NCBI GenBank assembly: GCA_951804945.1
Contig: OX638164.1
Coordinates: forward strand, 23,932,001 to 23,996,000
DNA: 64,000 nt
DNA from: Podarcis cretensis
Taxonomy: Eukaryota
Direction: 5' to 3'
The notes beneath the pieces were generated by a model. That model saw nothing but the letters and a program-made list of their open reading frames with translations, had not been told where the DNA came from and made no database searches. A program made the position numbers and the translations under genes. Numbering within the stretch: the first letter of the stretch is position 1; each line of letters opens with the position of its first letter. This document shows positions 13,323 through 24,953 of the stretch, piece after piece.

Positions 13323-13409
13323 GCGATCACCGTTTCATGATGAACAACTACTCTGACTGGAACCAGCCAGACAGCATGAAGAGGTTCTCCATGTTCCTGA
13401 ATCCAAAAG
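13323..13409 (+). CDS. TRIM29: TRIM29 coding exon (87 nt, phase 1-1): GDHRFMMNNYSDWNQPDSMKRFSMFLNPK
   Basis: Acceptor ctttcag, donor gtatga. Matches human GDHRY..NNY....W..PDTMKRYSMYLTPK (recalled); frame is continuous with the previous exon. Confidence 0.93.
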
Positions 13410-14907
13410 GTATGAAGCAGAGGCTAGCCAAAACTACCTGCCTAGTTACTAGTTTTGTTGGTGGGAGTGTTGCTAACTGCTACAGCTTTATATATCAGCC
13501 GTCCCAAATCTCCAGATCTTGATGGACCACAACCCTCATCAACCCCAACCAGCATAGTCAATGGTCAGGGGAATGATGGAAGTTGGAGTCCTCCCCAGGA
13601 AATACAAGCTTGGAGAAGGCTGTTTTATACTCATGGAAGGTTTTGTGTTGTCTCAACTTTCAGCACCCTTTTGTCCCCCTTGCCATGTACTTTTCCTCAA
13701 GGCCATTTTCTTTCTTCTCCTGTGCCCCCTGGCTTCATTTGCCCTTAGTGCCATTTCATCTGATTTGTTGACTGGCATCTAATGATTTTTCATGGAATAC
13801 TAGAGTCTGTGGGGTCCTTGGGAGGCCATCTAGTCTAATTCCACTGTGCGGTGCAGGAAACCCAGAGATCAGGACTATCCTCAGCAACAGGTAGCTGGCC
13901 ATCCTCCGCTCAAAGAACCTCCAATGAGGGAGTGCCAGGTCATTGCCTCCATTGTTAAATTGCTCTTAACAGCAGGAGGGTTCTTGTATTGTTCAATCAA
14001 AACCTACCCTCCTGTAACTTAAGCCCGTTACATTTAATCCTGCTCTATGAAGCAGTGGAGAATAAGCCACTGGAATTAGAGAATAATTCTGTGCAGGTAG
14101 TATAAATTCATTCTTTTGATTTCACAGTAGTAGAGAACCAAGCGAGACTTAAATGTCCTCTTCCTAACCCGTTTGGAGGCCTAGATGGCATATAGAGATG
14201 ATAAATAAAGAAAACCATTTCTTTTGAGGCTATTTTGAACTTCTGATGGCTCTCAAGCAAAGAGCAGCTTAACCTGCTCCATCTCTCTCTTCCAAAGCCA
14301 GAGTCCCGACATCCCCAAGACAATCAGTCTGAGAGATGGAGCATGAGTGAGTAAATGAATGTAACTAATGGCTACTCAGGGAGAGCTTTGGGTCATTTGG
14401 CTCAAAAGCTCCTTTGGTGCACTAAGGAGAAGGATGGACAGTTTCATTCACAGGCTGAACTCTTTCCCCTGCTAAGACTGGGTACATTATTTCTGATTCT
14501 AAATCTGCTGATTGGATTGTTTTAAAGATGGCAACACAGGGCAGATCCTACTGGTGGGAAGGAAATGTTGTGAACCTGCTGCATTCCCTCTTCTCCAACC
14601 AATAACCAAACCAATAAGCAAAAGTTTAAAAATGTTAGAGGTAGGTTTGCATAAAGTGCCTATATTAGTGAAAATAGCATACAAAAAATGTAGGTGCGCG
14701 TTAGGGGAGATTGTGTGTGAACTAAAATGCTGGTGAAAATTTAGGACTCCCCCCAAAAAAAGAAATAAGTGCAATGATGCAGAAATTGTGCCAAACTGAA
14801 CTGAAGACTGAAACTGAAATAGACAGATAAGTCCACCCCTAGCAAATCCTCAGTCACCTAATTTGTTTTCACACCAACTAATTCCTTAACTCAATTCTCT
14901 CATCTAG

Positions 14908-15000
14908 GAGGAAACTACAACACCAGAGCCTGGGAATTTTCTGCCTTGCAGACTGCAGAGGAATCCATTACAGCAGGGAACTCTGCTTACTCCCTGAAAG
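14908..15000 (+). CDS. TRIM29: TRIM29 coding exon (93 nt, phase 1-1): GGNYNTRAWEFSALQTAEESITAGNSAYSLK
   Basis: Acceptor ttctctcatctag (TAGGAG tandem), donor gtacta. Matches human GNYTSRVWEYS...SSFSLK (recalled). Confidence 0.9.
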
Positions 15001-16025
15001 GTACTACTCTTCACACCTTCAATGCTGCCGCTGGTGGTGTACCACTCCACCTTACCCTGTCAATTCCCTTTTACAGAGTTGCTATCTTTTCATTCGCCCC
15101 TGGGGCCATAGCTTAGCAGGAGAGCATCTGCTTTGCAAGCTGATGGTCCCGGGTCCAACCCCTCAGTGCCTTCATTTGAAAAGAAAAAGCATGAGCTAGC
15201 AGGACCTCCCAAAAGCCACTGCTGCCCAATGGTGGTGATTTAGAGCCCCAGAGAGGGCTGAGAAGGTCTGGCAGGCAGTGTGGAATAGAAAGTCAGGATG
15301 GGTTCTTTAATTAGAATCCTGAAAATTAGGACAGTCAGGGGTAGTAGACCTTTGAGGACCTCAGGCAGAACCCAACGAGCAGAGGAGTTGTTCCAACAAG
15401 AGCACTGACTCAACTGAGCCCTTTGATGCTCCCTAGGCATGACAGCTCATCTCAGGCTCCACCCTCCTGCTGAAGAATGCAAATCCTTAAAGGGCCTGGA
15501 GCACAACACACCCTCACCTGCCCATGACCTTGAGCTAGACACTCTGCATGTGTTAGCAAGCAGACCCATCGGAATGCAAGGACTTTAGGGATGAAAATGC
15601 ACATCCCCAGAATGAATCAGGCTTGGGGCTGATATTCTCTACAGGTCTAGATTTAGAGGTCTTGGGTCCAGCAGTCTTGGGCTTGTGGGAAGGATCTCTG
15701 GTTGCTGAGCTAAGGCTCAATGTCTCCGTGGTCAATGCCATTAGGTTTTCACCATTTGTACCTATGTCTAGGTCAGAGCTGGATTTTGGATCATTAGAGT
15801 AGACCAGCCTTCCCCAGCCTAGTGACCCAAAGTTCTTTTAGACTCCAACTCCCATCAGCTGCAGGCAGCATTGCCAATGGTCAGGTATGATGGGAGTTGT
15901 AGTTCAGTTATCTGAAGGTCCCATAGTTGGGGGAGGCTGGAGAAAACAGTCTTGGTCATGCTCTTTCTCCAGCTATCCACTGGAAAAGAATGGATACATT
16001 CTCTTATAATACCAGAACTTGGGGT

Positions 16026-16172
16026 CATAGAATCATAGAATTGTAGAGTTGGAAGGGACCATGAGTGTCATCTAGTCCAATCCCCTGCAATGCAGGAATC
16101 TTCTGCCCAACGTCAGGCTCAAACCGTGACCCTGAGGTTAAGAATCTCATGCTCTACTGACTGTACTATCTC
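16026..16172 (-). mobile_element. SINE with tRNA-Lys(CTT)-like head and CR1 3' tail
   Basis: Minus strand reads gatagtacagtcagtagagcatgagattcttaacctcagggtcacggtttgagcctgacgttgggc, then attcctgcattgcaggggattggactagatga...ttctatgattctatga. Confidence 0.75.
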
Positions 16173-17062
16173 CATCATCCTACAAAGATGTCTATTGGAA
16201 GATTCACGACAAAAAAAGGAAGTACTAAGTATTTCTTCACACAGCACATAGTTAAACTATGAGGTTCACTCCCACATGGTGTAGTAATGATGGCTGTAAT
16301 GGCAGTTTAGACAAATTCATGGAAGAGTAGGCTATCAATGGCTACTAGCTACACCAACTATGTTCTACACCCGCTATCAGATGCAATATGCCTCTGAATA
16401 CCAGTTCCTGATACTCACAAGTGGGGAGAGTGCTGCTGTACTAAGGTCTTTCTTGAAGGCTTCTCATGGGCATCGGGTTGGGCACTGTGATAAGGAGATG
16501 CTGGACTAGTTGGGCCTTTTGGACTGATCCAGCAAGATTCTACTTATGTTCTAAGATGAAGCAATGATCTGACACAGTATAAAGCTGCATCATTAACCCT
16601 CAGAATATGAGCTATGGAAAAGTTTCTTGCAAGGATCCATTCACTTCTCTGTGTTGGTCTCCCATTGGCACCCCTACCTCTCCTACCATCCCAAAGTTGC
16701 GACTTAATTTGGGGACCAACTCTTATTTCTTTTACACAACCAATCTCTGTCCGTTACATGTTCTGGTATATATACTGTATATTCATTATTTGTTGGGAAC
16801 AAGGCAGTTTATGAAGACAACATGCGTACTCTCCCCATTTCTCTTGTTTCCCCATGTCAGTGTAGCATGGTTCAGAAATTGAACATGCATGGAGAAGGGA
16901 GCAGAATTCTGCTCATTTACTCCATACATACCTCCAGGGCCATATTTAAGTGCATATTAGCATATATGTTCTGTCTGCACAACTGGGGATCTATTCAAAT
17001 GTCCCGCAGTCTTGTAGATGGAGCCTGCCCATGTACAATTTGTACACGTTGTACTCTATCAG

Positions 17063-17295
17063 CTATCAGAGGGCCTTCTCGGTAGTGGCCCCCTCCCTGT
17101 GGAACACCCTCCGATCAGATGTCAAGGAGACAAAGAGCTACAGAACTTTGAGAAGACATCTGAAGGCAGCCCTGTATCAGGAAGCTTTTAATGTTTGACA
17201 TTTTATTATGTTTTTATATGTGCTGGAAGCCTCCCAGAGTGGCTGGGGCAACGCAGCCAGATGAACAGGGTTTAAATAATAAAATCATTGTTATT
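17063..17295 (+). mobile_element. L2-clade LINE 3' end
   Basis: Encodes RAFSVVAPSLWNTL.SDVKE...LRRHLKAALY; 3'UTR cccagagtggctggggcaac and an (aat)n tail. Confidence 0.75.
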
Positions 17296-17506
17296 TATCA
17301 TGTCAGTTATATGTTGGAGTGGCCCCCAGTGGGAAGCAGCTGACCTGACCTCCCTGCGGTTGAGTTGCCACTGCATACTGGAATGGAAATAGAGAAGGGC
17401 GAGGTGGCAGTAAGGTTGGTGGGCTGGAAACAAGCCAGTCAAGCTAATCTGGTGCTCTTGCTAGTGAATTTGTATCATGCTGACCGCTTCTCTCCCTCCC
17501 TCCCAG

Positions 17507-17539
17507 TATGCAGCAGTGACTCAGTGGGAGGACGGTCAG
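17507..17539 (+). CDS. TRIM29: Candidate 33-nt alternative TRIM29 microexon (phase 1-1, VCSSDSVGGRS) with GC donor
   Basis: Branch point CTGAC at 17480-17484, long pyrimidine tract cgcttctctccctccctcccag, donor CAG|GCAAGC. In frame and stop-free. No homology evidence. Confidence 0.4.
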
Positions 17540-18803
17540 GCAAGCAATGCCATGCCCCTGTGCCATTCACTACAGCAAACTTGCTCCTTGCTTCAGGCCC
17601 ATTCAGATGAACCTGTAAATACTGGTGGGAGCATCTCTTGGTGAGTGCACACTGCAGTTTGTTACGGCTCTGTGCAAGCAGCTACACTGAATCCCTGCAT
17701 CACCATTTAGCAAACATTACACGAAACAACACCAGGAGGTGGCAAAGACAAATTACCACAAAGGATCCTTCCAGGGCATTGTAAACCAGACCTTACTGTG
17801 TGAACGCATCCATAAATACAAGTCATTGTGGCCCAGAGCAGGATACGCAGAGAGTGCAAGATGGAGAGGCCCTGTTCCAGCAAAGCCTTATGCACAGCTC
17901 TGCACAGGGTAAAAATTCAAATTGAGAAGGATTTTTTACAGGAATGTGCAAGCTAATTATGGTAATGCCAGAAATTAAAGCTAGCACTCAATTAAAGAAG
18001 TCTTAGCCAAGTACACACGTGTTTTACTCAATTAATTGATAAATAATTGACAACAAGTGGATATATTTGCATATGGATAAAAAGAATAGTTCTGAGGAAG
18101 AAGCATCCTTATCCACTTCCACTTTTTAAACGAATCACGGATATGTCAGTATGTCAGTACAGGGATCATCTCTGAAGTTTTCTTTCCTTTGAAAGAGAGA
18201 AGATGGGAGGTGCTTCTTTTAAAACAGTGCTTGTCTTCAGTTTTTAAAACAACTGTTATCACCACCATCATCTGTTGGACAATTTATCAGAGACACCTCT
18301 TTAGTTGTTAAAAGTGTTTTTGAAAAGCAATTAACCTAACTGATTAATCAATTAAATATTGCACTTTTAGTGGCAGAAATCTTTGCAGGATGAAGTCCAG
18401 GACCCATTTATTCTGCATCACTGGAAAATTTGAGGAGAACTTGGCATCAAGGTTCATGCCAGTGAAAGCCACAGAAATTTGTTTCTTATCCATTGTTTCT
18501 TGATTCCAGTGGAGTTCTTCTTGCTCTCAATCCTGCTTTTACTGAAGAAGCGACACCCAAATTGTGGGCTCTTTGCTCCCCCACCACTTCTTAACTCAAA
18601 GAAGTGTGTGCCTCCTACTTAGTTACTCCTGCATTGGAGCAGATTCATCCTGTCTTTGTGCCTATGGTAGGGAAGATTGCTGATTCCGCGATCTGCAGTC
18701 CTGGCGCAGAGGCTCACAGGATCTGGCCAAAATGTGCAGAGATTTGTGGAGAGAAGCATTTTCTACTCCACCTCAATGTAATGTTGCTTCTTCTATTTTC
18801 CAG

Positions 18804-18905
18804 TGGGCAATGGGACCAAGATGCCTTATCAGTTCCCCCCAATTGGCCAGAGTTCACCGGGAGATTTCAGCAAGCAGTCCGACGGGAGCCTCTATACCAA
18901 GAATG
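18804..18905 (+). CDS. TRIM29: TRIM29 coding exon (102 nt, phase 1-1): VGNGTKMPYQFPPIGQSSPGDFSKQSDGSLYTKN
   Basis: Acceptor cttcttctattttccag, donor gtactt. Frame-preserving and lies within ORF 18803..19003. The YQ...SSPG.F.K...LY.K motif resembles a human TRIM29 tail exon. Confidence 0.82.
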
Positions 18906-19141
18906 GTACTTTCAGGGCTTCTATGAGTTCTTCCCCCTCTACCTCCATCCTCTCTTTCTGTCTTTTCTCTGGGGAGATATTCATTCCAAATGCCCCAGTC
19001 TGAACTGGCTGCATTGGAATTGCTGTGCTTTTCAGTCTTATGTTTAAACAAGGTGTCCCTCTAACTCTGGAATGCACCCAGCGGCATGCAAGGGAGGTTC
19101 TTCCGGGAATAATAACCACAGATGCCTTGTGTCTCCTCCAG

Positions 19142-19218
19142 CTTACCCTTCCATTGTGAGGCACCAAGCCACTAAGGTGCAACCTCAGACATGGAAGTCC
19201 TCCAAGCAGAGCATGCTG
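19142..19218 (+). CDS. TRIM29: TRIM29 penultimate coding exon (77 nt, phase 1-0): AYPSIVRHQATKVQPQTWKSSKQSML
   Basis: Acceptor gtctcctccag, donor gtaagt. Matches human YPSLMRSQSPKAQPQTWKSGKQTML (recalled). Confidence 0.94.
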
Positions 19219-20674
19219 GTAAGTCATTAGACCTGTGCTTTTCACACCTTCCACCCCAAAGTCCTTCTGGGCTGCAACCCTAACCCTACTTACCTGAAAG
19301 TAAGCTCTGTTTAACTGAGTGGGATTAAGAGCATAAGAACATCTGTTAGGGAGTCTTTAATCATAATTCCTGAACTGCAGTGGGTTGGACTACATGACCT
19401 CTGCGGTCCCTTCCAACTCTACAATGCATGTTTCCATAAGAAGAGTCCTGCTGGATGAAGCCAAAGGCTTTTCTGCAGTTGGGCATCCCGTTCATACAGT
19501 GGCCAACCAAATGCTCTAATGGGAAGCCCATGAGCACAACCACACTCTTCTCACTTGTGATTCCCACCAACTGGTATTCAAAGTCACACTGCCTTCAACA
19601 ATGGAGACAAAATACATGCATACGTTGCACTGTAAATCGAGGACAGGGGAAGAACTCCCCCCGTCCATTTACTATTATTTACAGAATTTCCATGCCACCT
19701 TTTTCCAACACGAAATCTCCTAAGAAACACACAGTATGACAACCACCATCATCAACCATCAGAAAGTGTTGTTGCTATAGCTCTAAAAAATGCAACTGTT
19801 CCCAAAACAATACACAGATAAATGGTCAAGAACAGAGACAAATGTGCTAGTTGTCCTAGCTTTTGAAAGGAGCAAGCAATTATTCACCTATGTCTGAGAG
19901 GATGACAGGGATGGAGTCATGCAGGTCTCTGGTGGGAGGGCATCCCAAAATTCTGGAGCTAACTGTAGCCTTACATTGGTTGACAGCATGAAATATGGGA
20001 CGCTCCACCTCTTTGGAGGAGCTGGCTGGCTGGTTAAATGGCCCTCATTCTATTTTGTAGATGTTGGCTTCCACAAGAGAGTGACAAGTCTGTGTCCTCT
20101 GGTCAGGAGAGCTCTGAATAAGCTACTGGTGCTTACCCACCAAGAAGGTAGCCTGACCTTCATCTGAGTCCTCAGCTGTGAGCTGCAAAGCCCTCAAGTC
20201 ATGGATTTCCCAAAGCGGTTCCACAAGAATACTAGTTATCAAATAGGGCTATAAAGTGATAAAACACCAGCTCTGGTACAATATCCTACCTCCCCCCTGT
20301 TCTTCCTCACGTGCTTCACATCTACAGAGGAGAAAAGGACAGCACAATTCCATAGACAACTCAGGATTTAGAGAAAGTGATTAAGGAGGATCAAAGAAAG
20401 AGATAGTGGCTAAGCTCTGTTGATGAAGAGAATCTTGATTGTCGGCTGTTGTTTTTAATAAAAATAATTAACTGCATGGCATCGAGAGAGAAGGCAGGAG
20501 GCTTGCAAATTTCACCATTCTTGGAACATGACAGTTTGGCCTATGCCTTTCAAAATTATGAAGAAAAAATATATATTCTTAAGCTACTTGAGAACACTGA
20601 CATCCGCAGCCTGTATGACGTGGAACCTTTGGCCCTCTTGCATGCCTGATTGTTCATATGGATAGAATGGATGG

Positions 20675-21005
20675 AAGGGACATTGCTCAGTGGTGGAGCA
20701 TCTCATTTTCATGCAGAAAGTCCCAGGTTCAGCCCCTGGCATCTCCAAACAGGGCCAGACAAGACCTTGCCTGAAGCCATGGAGAGCCACTGCCAGCTAC
20801 TGAAGACAGTATTGAGCTAGCTCGCTGTTTCCCAAACTTGGGTCTCCAGCCGTTTTCAAACTACAGTTCCCATCATCCCTGACCACTGGTCTTGCCAGCT
20901 CGGGTTGATGGGGGTTGTAGTCCAAAAACAGCTGGAGACCCAAGTTTGGGAAACACCGAGCTAGGTGGATCATTGATCTTACTTAGTATAAGGCAGCTTC
21001 TTGTG
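20675..21005 (+). mobile_element. tRNA-derived SINE (Squam3-like), interrupted by a hAT MITE; related copies near 15101, 21517, 47125 (+) and 29790-29940, 58330-58455 (-)
   Basis: A-box gctcagtggtggagca, B-box ggttcagcccc, body tggagagccactgccag...gagctag. Confidence 0.7.
20823..20958. mobile_element. hAT MITE inserted into a tRNA-derived SINE
   Basis: ~28-bp TIR (tgtttcccaaacttgggtctccagc); 8-bp TSD agctagct/agctaggt. Confidence 0.85.
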
Positions 21006-23140
21006 ATGGCTCCCAGGGGATGGAGGTGTTTTCCCCTGGTTCAGATGCCTGATCCAATCACCCAAGTAACTTTTTCTGACCCACCACAAGACCCCACTGA
21101 TTTTGGGTGGAGTGTGTTGGGGAATAAATTAGACACAGAACTGTATAGTGGGGCAGAAGCACCCTGTTGGGGATGGCAACCAGCCCATCCTTGCTTAGCA
21201 GAGCAATCATTTTATGACTGGAGTGGGGGGGGGCATTAATCTCCTCCTCCACAAATCTGCATGGGTATGTCCTGTGTGTGTGCAAGAGAGTATGTGAAAA
21301 AAGAATGTGGAGTAATCACATATACTTTGGGCAATGCCTGGGGATTCCTGGCTTCCTGGGGATTGGCCAGGGTTGAATGCAATCCTTAGTGTAATTTGCT
21401 AGATTATCTGGGCCATTTTCGTCTCACTTGGCCACCCAAACTGGGAATATGCTCTAGAGTCTCCTGCACCTCCAGAGGGAACTACAGCTTGTTCTCAATT
21501 GGGCCTGGAGTCCAGGAAGGACCGCAGCTCAGTGGCAGAGATTCTGCCTAGTATGCAGAAGGTTGTGGACTCAATTCCCAGTGGCTGAAAGTTGAAAGGC
21601 CCTGGAAGTGTGTTATACTGAATCAGACCTTTGGTTCCTTTAGCTCACTCTTTTCTGACTGAAAGTGGCTCTCCTGGGCTTCAGATGGGGAGCACTTTCA
21701 GCTCTGCCTGGTGATGTTGGGAATCATATCGGCTTGCAAAGGATGTGTTTCTCACCTGAGATGGATCCTGCTTGATCTTGGAGCTGCCCCTGCTGCTAGA
21801 GTAGCTGGCATCTTCAACTGACGGGCTTCCAAGTTTTAAGAATAAACAAAGCTGTTGTATGCTGAATCAGGACCTTTGTACAGCTAGCACAGTCTTACCT
21901 ACGCTGAATGGCAGAAGCTCACCTGGGGATGTTCCCAGTCCCATCTGGAGATGCTGAAACAGGTTACAGCCCTAGCAACTGCCCAGCTCTACCATCTTCC
22001 TGCACTAACGATGCTAAGTTGGCCTTCTATGTATATTCAGCAGCTAGAGCCATTTGGTCCTTGAATTGCAGTTATACCCCAAAGCAAACAATCAGGCTGA
22101 TAAATAAAGAGCATTAAATGTCCCAGAATAGATGTACTTCCACTGGACTGCCGAGACTCGGCAGGAGCTTTTATGGTCTACTGGGCCAATAATCCTGCTT
22201 TTAAAGCTGCTTTAAATATGTATTTGAGTAATCCAGTCCTTAGAAAAAGGCCTGTAAACATGAGTCCTAGCAGCCAGCGGCACGGCTTGAGGAGGCCTGT
22301 CCCACCAGCCCATTGAGGGTTATTTAAAGGGTAGCTGATTCCCCTCTTTAATTAGGTACAAAATTGGCACCATAAAGCAAATGGCTTTAATACTCCAGGC
22401 AGTGCTGAACAGCAGGAACTTGGAGGGAGAGTGATGCCGAGTGAAAGGGCAGGTGGTTCCTGTCCACCACCCATTGCAAACACTTCACAATCAGCATAAA
22501 TCTTTTTTTAACCAGCTGGGTTATTAGGAATGCTGCTAATACAGTGGGGTTTGCATCTAACCACCTCTCTTTAAGATAGGAAATTCACTGGATCAAAAAA
22601 TTCCAAAAATGAAAGACTGCTGTTACGAGCAGGAATGGGTTTATCCGTCATTTTCAGTTTCTCTTGATTTCTCATTCTTCCAGTTCTAAGTTTAGTTCTC
22701 CACATTGCCACAACAGTTTGTGAATATGTATATCTTTATTCGCAAAAAGTTCTCATGACTCATACACATAATCTCCCAATAGACACACATTTGTATGCAA
22801 TGTCTCTTAATCTATGCACTTTTGCAAAGCATTTTCTCCCCATATACTGCATTTTTCCATGTCATTTTCAAGAAATGTAAATTTATATGCATTTTTGTAC
22901 ACATTACTTGGCTGGAGAACTGCACTGCAATTTTTAGAGAAACGCAATTTTCAAAAGATGTATGTGTTTCGCTTCCCATATTGTTTTGGAAAGTATTCAC
23001 TTTTAAACCTGGACTGAATCAAATTTCACGAGCCATTCCTTGTTACCATTTTGATCCAGTTATTTCACATTACGCAATCTGGCTCAAGACTGACTGTGAC
23101 AGATCTTTGTCAACAACTGTCACAGTTACAACAATGCATC

Positions 23141-23526
23141 TCGGAACCAAGCCTTGTGAGGAATGGCTGAAGGAGCTGGGTCTGTTTAGCTTGGAGAAGA
23201 GAAGATTGAGAGGTGCTCTGATAGTCTTCCTCAAATATCTGAAGGGACAGATGGACAATGGAGCAAGCTTGTTTTCTGCTGCTCCAGAGGGTAGAACCTG
23301 AACCATTGGATTCAAATGACAAGGAAAGAGATCCTGACTGAATGTTATAAAAGTTTCTGCTTTGACCATGAAATGGACTCCTTCAGAAGGTGGTGGACTC
23401 TCCTTCACTGGAGGGTTTTAAAGAAAGGTTGGGTGGGGAAGCTTTAACTGTGATTTCTGCACTGGAGGGGTTGAACTAGATGACTCTTGGGGTACCTTTC
23501 AACTCTACAAATCTATGAGTCTATGA
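23141..23526 (+). mobile_element. CR1 LINE 3' end
   Basis: Encodes [20 protein letters not shown]...KYLKG; ends ...caactctacaaatctatgagtctatga (CR1 octamer tail). Confidence 0.88.
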
Positions 23527-23697
23527 TAATAATTTGCATACACAGGACCTTATAGAGTTTGATGAGCTGCCTCTCCTTGCAGTTCCATTTGGCAAGGAGG
23601 AGGGCAATGGGTATCAGATATGCAGAAGGCAACAAGTCTATCCATCTGCTTCTTAATCTAAAATCACCCTGTGCTTTTTCTTTTTCTCCATTTGCAG

Positions 23698-23760
23698 TCC
23701 CACTACCGCCCCTTCTATGTCAACAAGGGCAATGGAGTCACTTCTAATGAAGCACCTTGA
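23698..23760 (+). CDS. TRIM29: TRIM29 last coding exon: SHYRPFYVNKGNGVTSNEAP*
   Basis: Strong acceptor ctttttctttttctccatttgcag; TGA stop at 23758-23760. Matches the TRIM29 C-terminus SHYRPFYVNKGNG..SNEAP. Confidence 0.96.
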   Translation, partial: SHYRPFYVNKGNGVTSNEAP

Positions 23761-24329
23761 TCCTAGACGATTACAAGAGGAGTCTGTTGTGCTAGGAGAG
23801 GAAGAACATATGAAAATTTTCACAGATGTCTCTACTGCTGCTGCTGTATTAACCATGCTGTTTTAATCTTTTTTCTTTCTTTTTTTTGTAATTGATGGGA
23901 GGTGGAGAATGGTGCTCTAGGAAGAAGATGCAGTAGTGCATGCCCCATTCTAGGAGGGAATGAAGACCGTCTCCCTAGCTGTATTAGGGCACCATCATGT
24001 TATTCTTGGTAACAGCTTTTCAGCCCCTGAGAAAATAACCCCAAATGCAAACCTAGTTCTATAATGCATCCCTTTCCCCCTACCCATCTGCTTAGCTCAT
24101 GCTAGGTGTCTAGTAGGGAAGATGAAATCTGAGCTGGGCATCACTTTTCTTCCCACCAGAAGGTCTGTGCCACGCTGCTGGAATTCTCAACATAACCACT
24201 ATTGCTTTCATCCAGCTTTCTGTTTGTTATAACTGCACCCACTCCCATCGGATACGCCCTGTTGACTTTTAATGGAGGCTCTTGCTGTTTAGACGCAACC
24301 CCAACAACCTGTTTGCTAATAACAACAGC

Positions 24330-24335
24330 AATAAA
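24330..24335 (+). terminator. Candidate proximal TRIM29 polyadenylation signal (AATAAA)
   Basis: First AATAAA I noticed after the stop codon (~570 nt). Further AATAAA occur at 26344 and 28469; the site actually used cannot be determined from sequence. Confidence 0.3.
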
Positions 24336-24657
24336 AGAAAAAACCCACAAACTTCTAACAATTCCTTGTTGCTACTTAACCGGGCATGGGCTGTGAATTG
24401 ATAGGCAAAAGGATGCGTGGTGGCCCATTGATAGATACTCCCTCCCTCCAGCCATCCAGCTTCTCAGATTATAGAAGAAAGTGGGTGAAATCTATCCTGC
24501 TAATGGAAGATTGATTAGATGTCTCAGCTATTCCCTTCCCCTCAACCCTCTGATGATATTGGCTGATATGCTCTGGTTCACTTGTTTTGTTTTATTATCT
24601 AGAAGAAGAATTATTACTGGAAGTTCTGAGATTTATTCTTACAATGCTACAACGGGA

Positions 24658-24706
24658 CTCTCTCTCTCTCTCTCTCTCTCTGTATGTGTGTGTGTGTGTG
24701 TGTGTG
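24658..24706. repeat. Compound (CT)n(GT)n microsatellite
   Basis: Direct reading. Confidence 0.9.
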
Positions 24707-24953
24707 CATGTGCACCTACTGTTGCAAACTGAATCAGTGTGAGGTGACAACCAGGGCAAGGGTGTTGCTGTGGCTTGTACCGTCCTAACCAAAGAGCTAC
24801 AGTCATCATGGGAACCATTTCACCCAGTCCCTAGAATTGGTACCCAAGCTTGAAGGTCACTGGCCATCTCCTACGAAGTCCTAAGATCCTCAATCTTCAG
24901 TGGAAACTGGACACATTTTAAAGCACTTGGGCTCTTCCTTTATGGGTTCAAAT

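Noticed and set aside
18604-19047. 147-aa ORF overlapping a TRIM29 exon
   Set aside because: It is an alternative frame over the 18804-18905 exon. The splice phases select the GNGTKMPYQ frame, and the peptide resembles no protein I know.
22795-23301. 168-aa ORF
   Set aside because: Read-through of an AT-rich DNA-transposon remnant into a CR1 ORF2 fragment; not a host gene.
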